From: Lama glama | Taxonomy: Eukaryota | NCBI GenBank assembly: GCA_028534125.1 | Contig: CM052816.1 | Coordinates: 10,356,001-10,420,000, forward strand | Direction: 5' to 3' | Length of the DNA stretch: 64,000 nt | In this document: piece after piece, positions 1 to 11,442 of the stretch | How the letters are laid out: each line of letters starts with the position of its first letter | How positions within the stretch are numbered: the first letter of the stretch is position 1 | The notes under the pieces: model-generated | The model's input: only the letters and a program-made list of their open reading frames with translations | Database searches by the model: none | What the model was told of the DNA's origin: nothing | Made by a program: the position numbers and the translations under genes

Positions 1-189
1 CTCTTTCAGTTAAGATTCTCCCCTGTTTTGCAATTCCAGATACAGGATTAACAAATGCGTTTGACATTCACATTTCATTCATTGTTTTTCCCCTTGAACA
101 CATCTTTAGATGAGAATATACCAGTGTGACTTTTCCAAACCTCAGTTGAGTTCATCTAAAAGCTCTTCTGTCTTCTTTTCTCATTCTAG

Positions 190-258
190 GAGCAAACCCG
201 GATGTTGGAAATGGGGATAACTGGCCCAGAAGGCCATGTGCTGAGCAGACCAGAGGAG
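190..258 (+). CDS. DPYSL3: DPYSL3/CRMP4 internal coding exon (EQTRMLEMGITGPEGHVLSRPEE); upstream exons outside window
   Basis: ttctag| acceptor, GAG|gtaatt donor, 69 nt, phase 0-0; peptide matches CRMP4. Confidence 0.96.
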
Positions 259-2745
259 GTAATTTGCAGGGGGCTGGGGTGGGGGAGGGGTGCAGGGCAA
301 GAAGCTGTCGCGATGGGGGCGCTCTTGGTTCGCAGCATCTTCCAGGAGACCTCCGTTATCTCAGTCCTCAGCAGCCTGGCTTCCAGCCCACTGCTCATTT
401 TACATCGCAGTGTTTGGGTTCAGCATCCCGTTTCTTGGCACACACATGCACAGCTTATGAACACACCTTGCTGCAAGGTGGTGGGACCCTTGGAATACCA
501 GGCAGGCATTGGAACGTTTCTTCCAGAAGTCACATCTGATGGGCCCAACTGAAGGCCTCTGAAAAAATTAGAAAGAAATGGAAGGGAAATGCTTACTTCC
601 GACCCCCAGTCTCTTTAAAGAGAATCCAAGTTGGAGGGCACTCCACACTTAGTAGGAGCGGTAAATATCTAAGTCCTTCTTTAGTCACCAGGAATCTCAG
701 AGACATTCCTGTCTGTTCCCTTGATCCGTATGATATTTGAAGCCCTGCAAAATATCAGCCGTATCTCTGGGAGGCTGAATAGGTTTGTCATAGGCACGCC
801 ATCCACTGATTGGTGTGAGGTGACAGTGACACCCAGGTGTGGAAGTTTTGCCCACGTGTGAGATGAACGCTGGTGAGTATCTGTGCTGAGCAACTTAGGT
901 ACGAATGAACAGTCACTAGTGGCTGATGCCATGTGTCTGGGATGTCAGCAGCCTCGGCGGCTGGCACAGGCATAGAGCTGGGGGCCGGCTGCCCGCATGG
1001 CTGGGAGCACAGTGGCTTTGGGAGACCAGCCTGGGTCTGGCACCTGGAGCAAATTCCAGACCCTCCGTGCCAGCAAAGCGAACCCTTTCCTGTTCTCATC
1101 CCAAGCCCCACACTGTGCAGCAGGTAGAAGCAGCAGCCAGGACCAGAAACGACAGTCTTCCCGTTGCCCCCTCTGTGTTAGGATCTTGTTAAAAATGAAA
1201 ACGTAATGTGCATAGAGAAAAGTCGTCCAACCATAAAGGCACAGTGACTTTCCCAAAGTAAGCACACTGTGTAACTAGTTCCCAGATGGAGAAACAGGAC
1301 GTCGTCAGCACCCCAGCACCCCAGACTCCATTGTGTTAAATGATGTTTTTTGTTGCTGGTTGAAATGATTTATCATTTTGTCCGCAAGGATACAGTCACA
1401 GCAGTCCTGCAAAGTCTGTCTCCTTAATGCCTTCCCTGGAATACTTGCTTCTACCCGGTACTGCGCTCGTTGCATTTAGCAGAGAGAAACATTCTCCTTG
1501 CCCCAGTCTGGGTAGTGGGTGTTATTATGTGGAGCAGCTGGAGCTCAGAGGGATGAAGACACTGGCCCTCAGTTCGAAGGACTGGGAAGCTGTTTACCCG
1601 GTGTGAGTCTGCCAGGGTGATCAGCACTGTTTGTGAAACTTCTCTGAAATGCCGGTCACTGTAGAGATGTGCTGGCAAGATAGATTTCTTCGGCGGCAGC
1701 CAGGGGATTTCTGAGCAAAGTCTATTTTTGTCCCTTGGTTTGTTTTTCCAACCCCCCCACCCTACTCCTCCCTGTTCCCGTCTCCTTTTTAGTAGAAAGC
1801 CTCTCAGCTGCAGATCTCGACAACCCTGGAAGCCCTTTTGGGTGAAGTTGGAGGGTGATGTAACCTTCCAAAGATAGTCATGTTGTCAAGGTGCTTAAAA
1901 CCCTGCAGGAGGTGGGGGCAGAATGAGATCAGACGGGCCAGGACTGTGGTCATGGGGGAGCTGGAGTGGTCAGCATAGGCATAAAAAGGGAGGAGTGGGC
2001 ACAGGATGGGTAGCCCCTCTTGGGTTAAAGCACACCCAGATAGCATCCTGAGTGATGCTGTGCAGAGAGCTGAAGCAGAGGCATGGAGACGGCCACTGAG
2101 CATCTGGGTGCCTCAGGGAGGTGGCCTGCATTCACCTGTGCTCGGTCCAGGGTCTCGCCACATGGAACGTAGCACAACCTGAGGGACGTCTGCTGGACCA
2201 GCCCAGTTCTTAAGAGCCACACCCACCAAGGGCAGCGACTGGTTTGCGTTATACAAACATTGGGCATCTCTCTGCAAGCTGTTTTTGGTATTTTTAAAAG
2301 AGTTGGGCTGCATAGCTAACCCAGAGTGTCATACCCGTCCAAAAAGGAACTGTCGCTGATTGAAAGGAAAAATGCCAGCGTGTCTGCTTTGCGCTGACTA
2401 ATTGGGGCTTTAGGTAGAAATGCAGGCTGTTTCCCTCTGGTCAGAAGCTGTCATCAGCAATAAGACTAGTAGCTAGCCTTCAAGGAACACTCGCCTTGTC
2501 CCGGGATGGGCTAATTGCCTTACAAGGATTAAGTCACTTAATCCTCTCAGTGGCCCTATGTGTCCGGTCCTGTTATTACCCTCACTTTACAGACAAGGAA
2601 ACTAAGCCTTTGGGAGGTTGTGGAACATCTCTGAGATCACCCAGCTTTTAAGTGGCAGAACCAGAACTCAGACCCAGGTCATGAGCAAAGCTGAGCTTTA
2701 AGATCTTGCTTTGTTAATAAAGTAAATGAAAACTCATTATTTCTT

Positions 2746-3084
2746 TAAAAAAATTTTTTTATTGCAATGTAGTTTATTTACAATGTTGTGTTAGTTTCTG
2801 GTATACAGCATAGTGATTCAGTTATACATATATATTATTTTTCATATTCTTTTTCATTAAAGGCCATTACAAGGTATTGAATATAGTTCCCTGTGCTATA
2901 CAGTGGGACCTTGTTGTTTATTTTGTATATAGTAGTTTGTATCTGCTGGTCCCAAACTCCTAATTTATCCCTCCCCTCTGCCCTTTCACCTTTGGTAACC
3001 ATAAGTTTGTTCTCTATGTCTGTGAGTATGTTTCTGTTTTGTAAATAAGTTCACTTGTGTCATTTTTTTTTTAAGATTCCACAT
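2746..3084 (-). mobile_element. 5'-truncated L1 3' end
   Basis: T-rich tail plus L1 3' UTR text; TSD TCATTATTTCTT at 2734-2745 and 3085-3096. Confidence 0.85.
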
Positions 3085-3714
3085 TCATTATTTCTTACTT
3101 ATTAAGTTCATTGGGGTTGGTTAACATATTAAAAAACAGGCATTCCACACTAGGGAGGGCTGGGGGATATGGATAACAGAAGAAGTCTTTGTGCTGAGAA
3201 GTCTGGGAATTATTAGTGTAAGAAATGCCTGCTGGGACTAACCAAACACTGACCACCCATTGCTGCGGGAAAGGACCGAATGCCTAATTGCTTTTACCAG
3301 TTATTTTGTACATATTGGCATTGGGATTGTGTTTTGCCAGAGATTCTGTCCTGGACAGACTTGGGGGGCAAAGGCTTCCATCACCTGTAGCTTTTGTGAT
3401 GATCACAGGGAAAGGAGCGAATAGACCAAGGGAAAACTAGCTACCTTGATGCAGTGCCCACTCTGGCCAGGCGCTGCTCCCCTACAGCAGTCCCCTGCTG
3501 CCCTCTCCTGATCTCCACTTCCCAGGTGAGGGGCAGAGGCACTGGGAAGCCAAGCAAAGCATCACAGCTGGAAAGCTGCAGATCTGAGCTCTGTATCCCG
3601 GGCGTCTAACTCCAGATCCTCTGTGCAGCACTGTGTTCTCAGTTTGTGGAGGCAGCAGGGTGGCATTCTGGGAGGCTCATGCTCCCCTTGACTCCCAGAG
3701 GCTTGTTTTTGCAG

Positions 3715-3835
3715 CTGGAAGCTGAGGCTGTGTTCCGTGCCATCACCATCGCCAGCCAAACCAACTGTCCTCTCTACGTCACGAAGGTCATGAGCAAGAG
3801 CGCGGCCGACCTCATCTCGCAAGCCAGGAAAAAAG
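3715..3835 (+). CDS. DPYSL3: DPYSL3 exon ([41 protein letters not shown])
   Basis: tttgcag| ... AAG|gtgatt, 121 nt, phase 0-1. Confidence 0.96.
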
Positions 3836-4125
3836 GTGATTTGTGCGCCCAAGACTTTGGAGCCCCCATGTTTTTTTGGTTCCTCTCCTTGGCTGTCCTC
3901 TGTAAATGGTGCCTATTTTGCTCAATGGCTTGCACTCTGGGAAGCCCTTCATCTGTGTTAGCCCTTGGATCCTTTCTGCATCTTGTGGGGCCCTGGGATT
4001 TCCTCTAGTGGTCTTCCTGAGATGACACGGCTTGAATCAGTTCTTTGGTGACTTGGCACGTCTTTTTTTCCCTTTGTTTCATCTTACATTGTCAGTTCAC
4101 ATTATCTGAGCTTTCTAAATGGGCA

Positions 4126-4520
4126 TGTTAGTCAGGATTTTATTGGCTGCAGCAATCAAAGATCCAACTCAAACTGACTTTAACAAACACGTAAATTATT
4201 GGTTGAAGGTGCTTCAGGTGTGGCTGGATCAAGGGGTCTAAACAATGATATTAGGGCTCCATCACTCTTACTCCTTTCTGGACTCTGCTTTCCTCTCTGT
4301 TGGCTTTATTGTCAGTTTGAATGGTGACAAGAATAAATGCCTAGAGCTCCTGTTGTCCCCCACATTTGGTAGGGGGCATTTTTTCCAACAGCTCAAGCAG
4401 AAGTCCCCAGGAGGGCTGTGATTGCCTTGGCTTGGGTCATGGGCGCCTCCCTGAACTAGTATCTGCTCTGTGGTGGAATTGATTGGCCAGGGTTGAGGGC
4501 AGGGTGCAGGGATGGGGTCC
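4126..4520. mobile_element. MLT1-like MaLR LTR remnant
   Basis: tgttagtcaggattttattggctgcagcaatcaaagatccaactcaaactgacttt; gattgccttggcttgggtcat. Confidence 0.55.
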
Positions 4521-6025
4521 CACCCCTGAGCCACACAGGTTATTTCAGAAAAGGTGTTGAATGAGTCTTCCAAGGACAACCAGTGGCATGGCCTTCATGA
4601 CCGAGGCTCTGTCCCCACAGTCTTCTGACTTCTGCGTCTTTCCTCCATTGCTGTTAACTCCGGCGTCCTTTACTCACCTCCTGCTCGGCGAAAGTTCACC
4701 CTCATTTCAAAGCTTTCTTTTCTGCTTTCCATTCTTGTCTTCCATGGCACACTCATGGGCTCCCTTGTGAACAGAACGTGGTGGAGACCCAGAGGTGCAA
4801 GGCTCTGTGTTTGGTTGGAAGAGAGGAGTGAGTGGGCTCGGCTGTCCGATTGTTACCACTGTGTGCAGGGGCAGAGGCCCAGGAGGAGTGATTCATTTAC
4901 CACATTCAGAACTGGTCTGTAGAAGTCCACGTGTGACTGACTGGGGTGCCTAAAAATAGTTCCAGCTGACTGACCCCGAGTGTTCGGCTGCCTGGCCTCC
5001 TGGCAAAGGGGACCCTTTTCTTATGGGAGGGGAGTCTTCCTAATTATCCCAACAGGCTTGCTAGCTGGCCGATTCTGGGGCACCTCCTGCCTCACCCTGC
5101 TCCCAGTAAGCCTGCTGTCTTCTCTCAGCTTTTAAATGTCTCCACAAGACATGGTGTGGTTGCTCCACTGGGTGTGAGTCATCCCGAAAGAAGCAGGAAA
5201 GCAGCCCAGTGCTCCTTATCCGTTCTTGGAGAAGGGAAAAAAGAAAGAAAAACGGAAAAGGAAAAGGTCTCCCCATGACCACTGACCAGATTCACCCTCT
5301 GGTGCCTTCTGCTGATGGCTGCATCCTGCCTGGGACCCTTTCTCCAATGACCGGGGCTCAAAGATAGAGCACTTCGATTATATGCTGGGGTTTAAACTTC
5401 GTGTAGAAAGATTCCTCACCCCGAGCCTCCTGGCTCATGACTCTGGCACAGAGAACTGGTGCAGCTGTGTCTCCAGGGTGGAAAGGAGGCATTGTTTTAG
5501 TGATTTAAAAAAATAAACCAAAACAAGGGCTGCTGAGATCGAAGCCAGTAAACATCTCGAGAACTGTCATTCTCAGGCAAAGAGTCAGCGGCATTCAGAG
5601 CGGGAAGACAGAGTCTGGCGGGGTTTACTCTTCCCTCCTGACGAGGGTACCATTTCAGCCCCAGGTGTTTAATCCCCAGGTGTTCATTGGCACCTCTGCA
5701 TGGCTGCTCAGAACCAGTCTCAGGAATTACAATTTACTGAGGACCAGCTGGACGTCCTGCACTGAGAGAGAATTTGTCCTTGTGTAGGATTCACCAAGAA
5801 CCCTGAGAGGTTGGCATTTATTGTCACCATTTTTCAGATGAAGAAACTGAAGCCCGTCCTGTCCAGGATCTCCTGGCTGGGAGAGCTTGTATTCAAACCC
5901 AACTGTGTGATTACAGTCCTTGCCTATTCTAGTCCTCAATCTAAAGGTAGTCCGAAGGGAGAGTTCTTCCACTTTTAAGGTTGTATTTCTCTTACTAGTA
6001 CCTGAGTGCTTGTTTTAACTTTCAT

Positions 6026-6450
6026 TCTTCTTTTTAAATTGAAGTCTAGTCAGTTTACAGTGTTGTATCAGTTTCAGGTGTACAGTGTAATGTTTCAGTC
6101 ACACATATACATGTATTCCTTTCTATATTCTTTTTCATTATAGGTTACTACAAGGTATTGAATATAGTTCCCTGTGCTGTACAGTTGAAACTTGTGTATC
6201 TGTTTTATATATAGTAGTTAATAGGGCCTAATTAAACTTGTAAGCTTTTGCACAGCAAAGGAATCTATAAACAGAACAAAAAGATAACCTGTGGAATGGA
6301 AGAAAATATTTGCAAATGATGGGACTGACAAGGGCTTAGTTTCCAGAATGTACAAACAACTCATACAAGTAAATAACAAAAAAGCAAACAACCCAATCCA
6401 AAAATGGGCAAAAGACCTAAATAAGCATTTCTCCAATGAAGACATACAAA
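6026..6450. mobile_element. 5'-inverted (twin-primed) L1 insertion
   Basis: Antisense L1 3' end 6026-~6218 joined to a sense ORF2 piece ~6219-6450; imperfect TSD at 6011-6025 and 6451-6465. Confidence 0.8.
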
Positions 6451-7677
6451 TGTCTTAACTTTTATGTCTTCATTTCTTTGTGCTCCCGTATGCTTTGGTT
6501 TGGTCAGTATTTTTGGAGAGCCCTGTATAGAACCTTTCAACTGTTGCTCCAAAGAGCAGGACTGTCCTATGTGAATCATTGCCGTTGCTTTCTTCTTTTG
6601 CCCAAGGCAGGCATTATAAATCAATTGCGAGTCTAATAGGGTGATCAGAAGCACGTGTAGAATTCTCCCTGACACAGAAATCCAGGCAACCAAAACCAAC
6701 TAATTGGAGTTGAAACAAGCCAAATCCTGAAATCCTGGCCAGAAAGCCTTAAACTTTGTCCTCATGGGAGACTTGAATGGGGAAGAAAGCGGGCCAACCT
6801 GGAGAAGCCCAGGGCTGCCCCGGAATCTTCAGCCCAAGATTCTGGCCCAGAGAAGCTTGGTGCCAACCCACCTTCTGTGAGACAGCATTTGCCTTCTCTA
6901 TCTCTATTCCTTCTTTAAGAAGCTCAGCTTAGATCAGTGTATTTCCTAGTATCCTTCCTCCCCTCTCCTTGGGCATTTAAGCCCCTCATTCCAGACAGAG
7001 TCCAGGAAGCTAGCCTCATCTTTGCTGTGTCTCAGGTTGTTGGGTGTCCACGAGGAAATTACTCTTGGCCTTAGGTTAAGGAGTAACAAACATGATGGAA
7101 GAGGTCATGAGGCCTGTCATCGACAGGAACAGGTTTTACTTTGTGGAACCAAAGCATCTCCTTGCAGAGGCAGGATTTAACAGTTCCCAGTGACGTGGGC
7201 TCCTATAATGGGAAGGAGTGGGAAATGAAAGGAAATCACATTTATTTAGCATCTCTTTTGGGCCAGACACTTTGTATATGCCATATCCTCTCATTTTCAC
7301 AAAGCTGAGAAGTAGAAGTCATCTTATTTCATCAGTTCCAGGACCAATTTATTCCACATTTTAACATTTTTGAAATGAGGATCAATCTTAAATCAAAGTA
7401 TATATATTTTTCTTTTGCCTCAAATTTTAATTTGCCTCCAAATTTGACAGTGATGCTGCATCTTACAACCAGTGGCTTCTGCAGAATATAAAATTGTTCC
7501 CATTTCGCAGATAGAAAAGCAGAGGCTTAGAAAAGGTGGGAACATGGACTTGAACCCAGGCCTCCCTGACTCCAGAGCCACAGCCTTGAGTAGGCTCAGG
7601 GGCCATGAATATCTAAGCCAAGCCCAGGGCAGCACATATGTAATACAGACTCACTGGCTGTCTCCCACCCCTTCCAG

Positions 7678-7834
7678 GAAATGTGGTCTTTGGTGAGCCC
7701 ATCACCGCCAGCCTTGGCACGGATGGAACCCATTACTGGAGCAAGAACTGGGCCAAGGCGGCTGCATTTGTGACGTCCCCACCTCTGAGTCCTGACCCGA
7801 CCACTCCCGACTACATCAACTCCTTGCTGGCCAG
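7678..7834 (+). CDS. DPYSL3: DPYSL3 exon ([52 protein letters not shown])
   Basis: cttccag| ... CAG|gttggt, 157 nt, phase 1-2. Confidence 0.96.
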
Positions 7835-8520
7835 GTTGGTGCAGAATGACAAACAGCGGGCATTGCGTGGAGATACCTTAGGGCCGATGAGACGAGGACT
7901 GGAGCCACTCATCCATCAGCTAGCTCAGTGTCTGCAGTGAGGGAGACGCATCGCCAGTTCCCTTGCAGTGCTGAGCACGGATAACTGGCTCTTCCCCGTC
8001 ACATTATAAAAGATACTACAGTAATCATACTATTAATGGCAATATTAGTTAAGGCATACTGTGTGCCAAGCACTAGAGTGACATTCCACATGTGACCGCA
8101 TTGTTCCTTGTAACAACTGTGAGTGAGGGACTATCACCATTTTACAGATTGAGCAACTGAGGGTCAGGGAGACGAAATCATTTGCCGAATTTTGACCAGC
8201 TGGTCATGACGACCCCTAACCAGAATTCGAGGGAGACGCATTCGCTGCTGCCCTCTGTGGATAAGTCCCGTCACTCATTTGGTTCCTTTTTATTTTGTTA
8301 CACGAGATGATCTACTCCCACCCCCTCCTTTTCCAGATGGGGTCGCTGAGTCCCGGAGAGGGGAAGAGGTGCACCCAAGTTCACACAGTGGGCGAGAGGG
8401 AGAGGAAAGGTTCCTAGCTCAAGTCGTGGCACTTCACATGCTCACGCTAGACCCTCGGTCCTGCACCCCCGGGGGGACCTCTAGCCTCCCCGATCACATA
8501 GAGCTTTTCTCCTTTGCCAG

Positions 8521-8662
8521 TGGGGACCTGCAGCTCTCTGGGAGCGCCCACTGCACCTTCAGCACTGCCCAGAAAGCCATCGGGAAGGACAACTTCACAG
8601 CCATCCCCGAGGGCACCAATGGTGTGGAGGAGCGAATGTCTGTCATCTGGGACAAGGCGGTG
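8521..8662 (+). CDS. DPYSL3: DPYSL3 exon ([47 protein letters not shown])
   Basis: tttgccag| ... GTG|gtaagg, 142 nt, phase 2-0; GSAHC replaces the amidohydrolase catalytic Asp motif, as expected for non-catalytic CRMPs. Confidence 0.96.
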
Positions 8663-9814
8663 GTAAGGATGGAGGTCATGGGAGGGCAGCCAAGGCCAGA
8701 TCAGAGCCAGTGGGAGTGCTGGGCGTGCAGATGAGGCCTCATCCCTGCCGAGGTGTCTCTAGACCCCGGTGGCTCAGGTGGTTTGGGAGTTTACCTTGTC
8801 CAGTGATGAATTTGGAGGTCTGGGATTCTGAGGCGGCCTCCTCTAGATTGTTAAGGACTAGGAACTAGACACACAGAGCCGTCATCTGATGGCAAGAATG
8901 ATCTGTACTTAGAATAATAGTGTATAAAATCTTTATGTTTGGAGGGTTTTATCATCTCTTTTGAAAAGGATGGCTATAAGCCTTTGAAATGAGAAGAGAT
9001 ATAAGACTAAAACTCAAGTCATCAGTGCACATGCACTGGAGTGTGTGATCATCCAGGCTGTACAAGTGATTATCTATCAGTGTCTTCTAGTAAAGCGGCC
9101 TGGTTTTCTTTTCTTCATCTACACAATGTAATCCACCAAGTTCCCCTTTTCTCCTTGGCTCCCAGGAAGCTGAAAACTAGATCTTACCCAAGCTTTCTGT
9201 TTTGAGAAGAGGGAAAGTATAACTGCTTTTGTCTCTTTTCTTACATACTTAGATTTTGCCATTTTTTACACTGTTACATATTTATGAATATATGTATGTA
9301 TTTACCTTGGCACTATCTGGAACTGTTAAAAATAATACATATTTTAAAATTACCAACGTGATACATGCTCAATAAAGAACATCTGGAAACCACAGAAAAG
9401 TATACACACAAAAGAAACAATGTCACGCATAATCCCAAACCCAGCTATAACCACTGTTACCATCTGGGTGAGGTTCTTCCATATTTATCCTGTGCGCATG
9501 CAAATACAAACACAGTTCCTAAAATATGGACCATGATCATATTTTACTATGATCTTTCTATAATCCTTTTTGAAATTAGAAGAGATAAGTAAGTAAGTAA
9601 ATGTACGTACATTTCCTGGGAAAAAAAGGCATATTTCCAGAGCAGTAACTTCCAGCTTAAGCCATGCGTTTAACCATTTTGCCTGGGTGATCGCACCAGC
9701 TTGCCGATTCTGTAGCTTGCTGGGTGGCTTCTGTGCTCACCACCAGAGGTCACTCTGTATTTCTGGGCCTTTGTGTTCATCCGGCTCTGAGCTCAGAAGC
9801 CCTAGACTGATGAT

Positions 9815-9848
9815 TGTGTGTATGTGTATGTGTGTGTGTGTGTGTGTG
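9815..9848. repeat. (TG)n microsatellite at a DPYSL3 3' splice site
   Basis: Imperfect from 9815; perfect (TG)10 at 9829-9848. Confidence 0.95.
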
Positions 9849-9857
9849 TTTCAACAG

Positions 9858-10028
9858 GCCACGGGAAAGATGGATGAAAACCAGTTTGTGGCCGTGACAA
9901 GCACAAATGCTGCCAAGATCTTCAACCTGTATCCCCGCAAGGGAAGAATATCTGTGGGTTCTGATAGTGACCTGGTGATCTGGGATCCAGATGCTGTCAA
10001 GATTGTCTCTGCCAAGAACCACCAGTCG
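9858..10028 (+). CDS. DPYSL3: DPYSL3 exon ([57 protein letters not shown])
   Basis: tttcaacag| ... TCG|gtaagg, 171 nt, phase 0-0. Confidence 0.96.
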
Positions 10029-10137
10029 GTAAGGCCTGAGCGGGCGGGCGTGGAGCCGAGCGGAGAATATGGGCAGGGAACGTGGTCAGGAGAGATGGGT
10101 GTTGCTGGTGAACAACAGTCAAGTAAGATGGTGTTGA

Positions 10138-10500
10138 ATAGTCAGGCAAGGATGTGTTGTGATAACCAACCATCCCAAATTCCCAGTGACTTAAAACCTC
10201 AGCAGTTCATTTCTCTTTCCCAAAGGGGTGAGCAGAGGAGAGGGGCCCATCACAGTCACTCAGGGACGGGGGCTGATAGAAGCATCATCTCTACACGGGC
10301 TTCCATGACTGCTGAGGCCAAGGTTTCAGGACGTGGCCAGTAGTGCACTGGCTCCGAAAGTCTCCCGAGACGTCACTTCCTCTCACACTGCCTTGGCCAG
10401 AGCCAGCCCTGTCACCATACCTGACTCTAGGAGGGCAGGAAGCACACGGATACCTCATGCCTAGAAAGAGAAAGAATGCGGGAAAATGGCTAAGCATTTC
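10138..10500. mobile_element. MLT1-like MaLR LTR remnant
   Basis: tagtcagg...tgataaccaaccatcccaaattcccagtgacttaaaac. Confidence 0.5.
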
Positions 10501-10599
10501 TGATGACCTCCCCATGAGGAATTTTATGTGGAAGATGATAGTTCAAGTCCAGAAAGGGCTTAATAATATTTGTTAGTAAAAATAGTGTTTTTCAGACAG

Positions 10600-10800
10600 T
10601 TATGTTTCAGGCACTGTGCTTTTAATTCATTGAATCTTTGTAACAGCTTTCACCAGATAGACACAATTATTGTCCATTTTATAGATAAGGAAATGGAGAT
10701 GCAGAGAGATGAAGTAGTTTATGCAGCCAGTAAGTGGTGAAGCTAGGATTCAAAGCCAGACAACTTGACTCCAAAGTGATGTCCTTAACCACTTTGCAGT
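10600..10800 (-). repeat. MIR; further MIR-like copies near 2500, 5800, 7500, 8100, 15950, 33350, 42750, 52050, 57650 and 59650
   Basis: MIR core ccattttatagataaggaaatggag...aggattcaaagccagacaacttgactccaaag. Confidence 0.65.
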
Positions 10801-11262
10801 AATGCCTTGCACTTACTGAATAAAAGAAGGAGGTTGGGAGAGAGCCCATTTGGGGTGGCAGTGGCCTTTGCTTAAACATTGTGTCATATCCCACTATTTA
10901 GCTTTGAGCTATTGAGGACTTGTGTCATGTGACCCATCCACCCAGTACAAGACACAAATACACCATCCCTGAGAGTTATCCAGCTTCTCTTTGAACACCG
11001 CTAGTGACAAAAATTCACTTCCACGTGAGGACCTTACTAAAGACTGGCTGATTGCCTTGGCTAGGAAGTCCGCTCTTAGCGAGCCCCTGTCTCCTGGGCT
11101 CAACCTACTGAAAGATCGCAGATGCTCTGCAAGCTTTTGCTGGCTTACCTGGTGAATCAGTTCCCAGTGACGCTGAAGGCAGGATCCCAAGCATAGGAAA
11201 CCGCCTGCCTCTTTCTCTCCCTACTACAACATCACGGACGCCTTCCCCTCGCCCGTGTCTAG

Positions 11263-11442
11263 GCTGCGGAGTATAACATCTTTGAAGGGATGGAGCTGCG
11301 CGGGGCTCCGCTGGTGGTCATCTGCCAGGGCAAGATCATGCTGGAGGACGGCAACCTGCACGTGACCCAGGGGGCCGGCCGCTTCATCCCCTGCAGCCCG
11401 TTCTCGGACTACGTCTACAAGCGCATTAAAGCCCGGAGGAAG
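11263..11442 (+). CDS. DPYSL3: DPYSL3 exon ([60 protein letters not shown])
   Basis: gtctag| ... AAG|gtgaga, 180 nt, phase 0-0. Confidence 0.96.
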
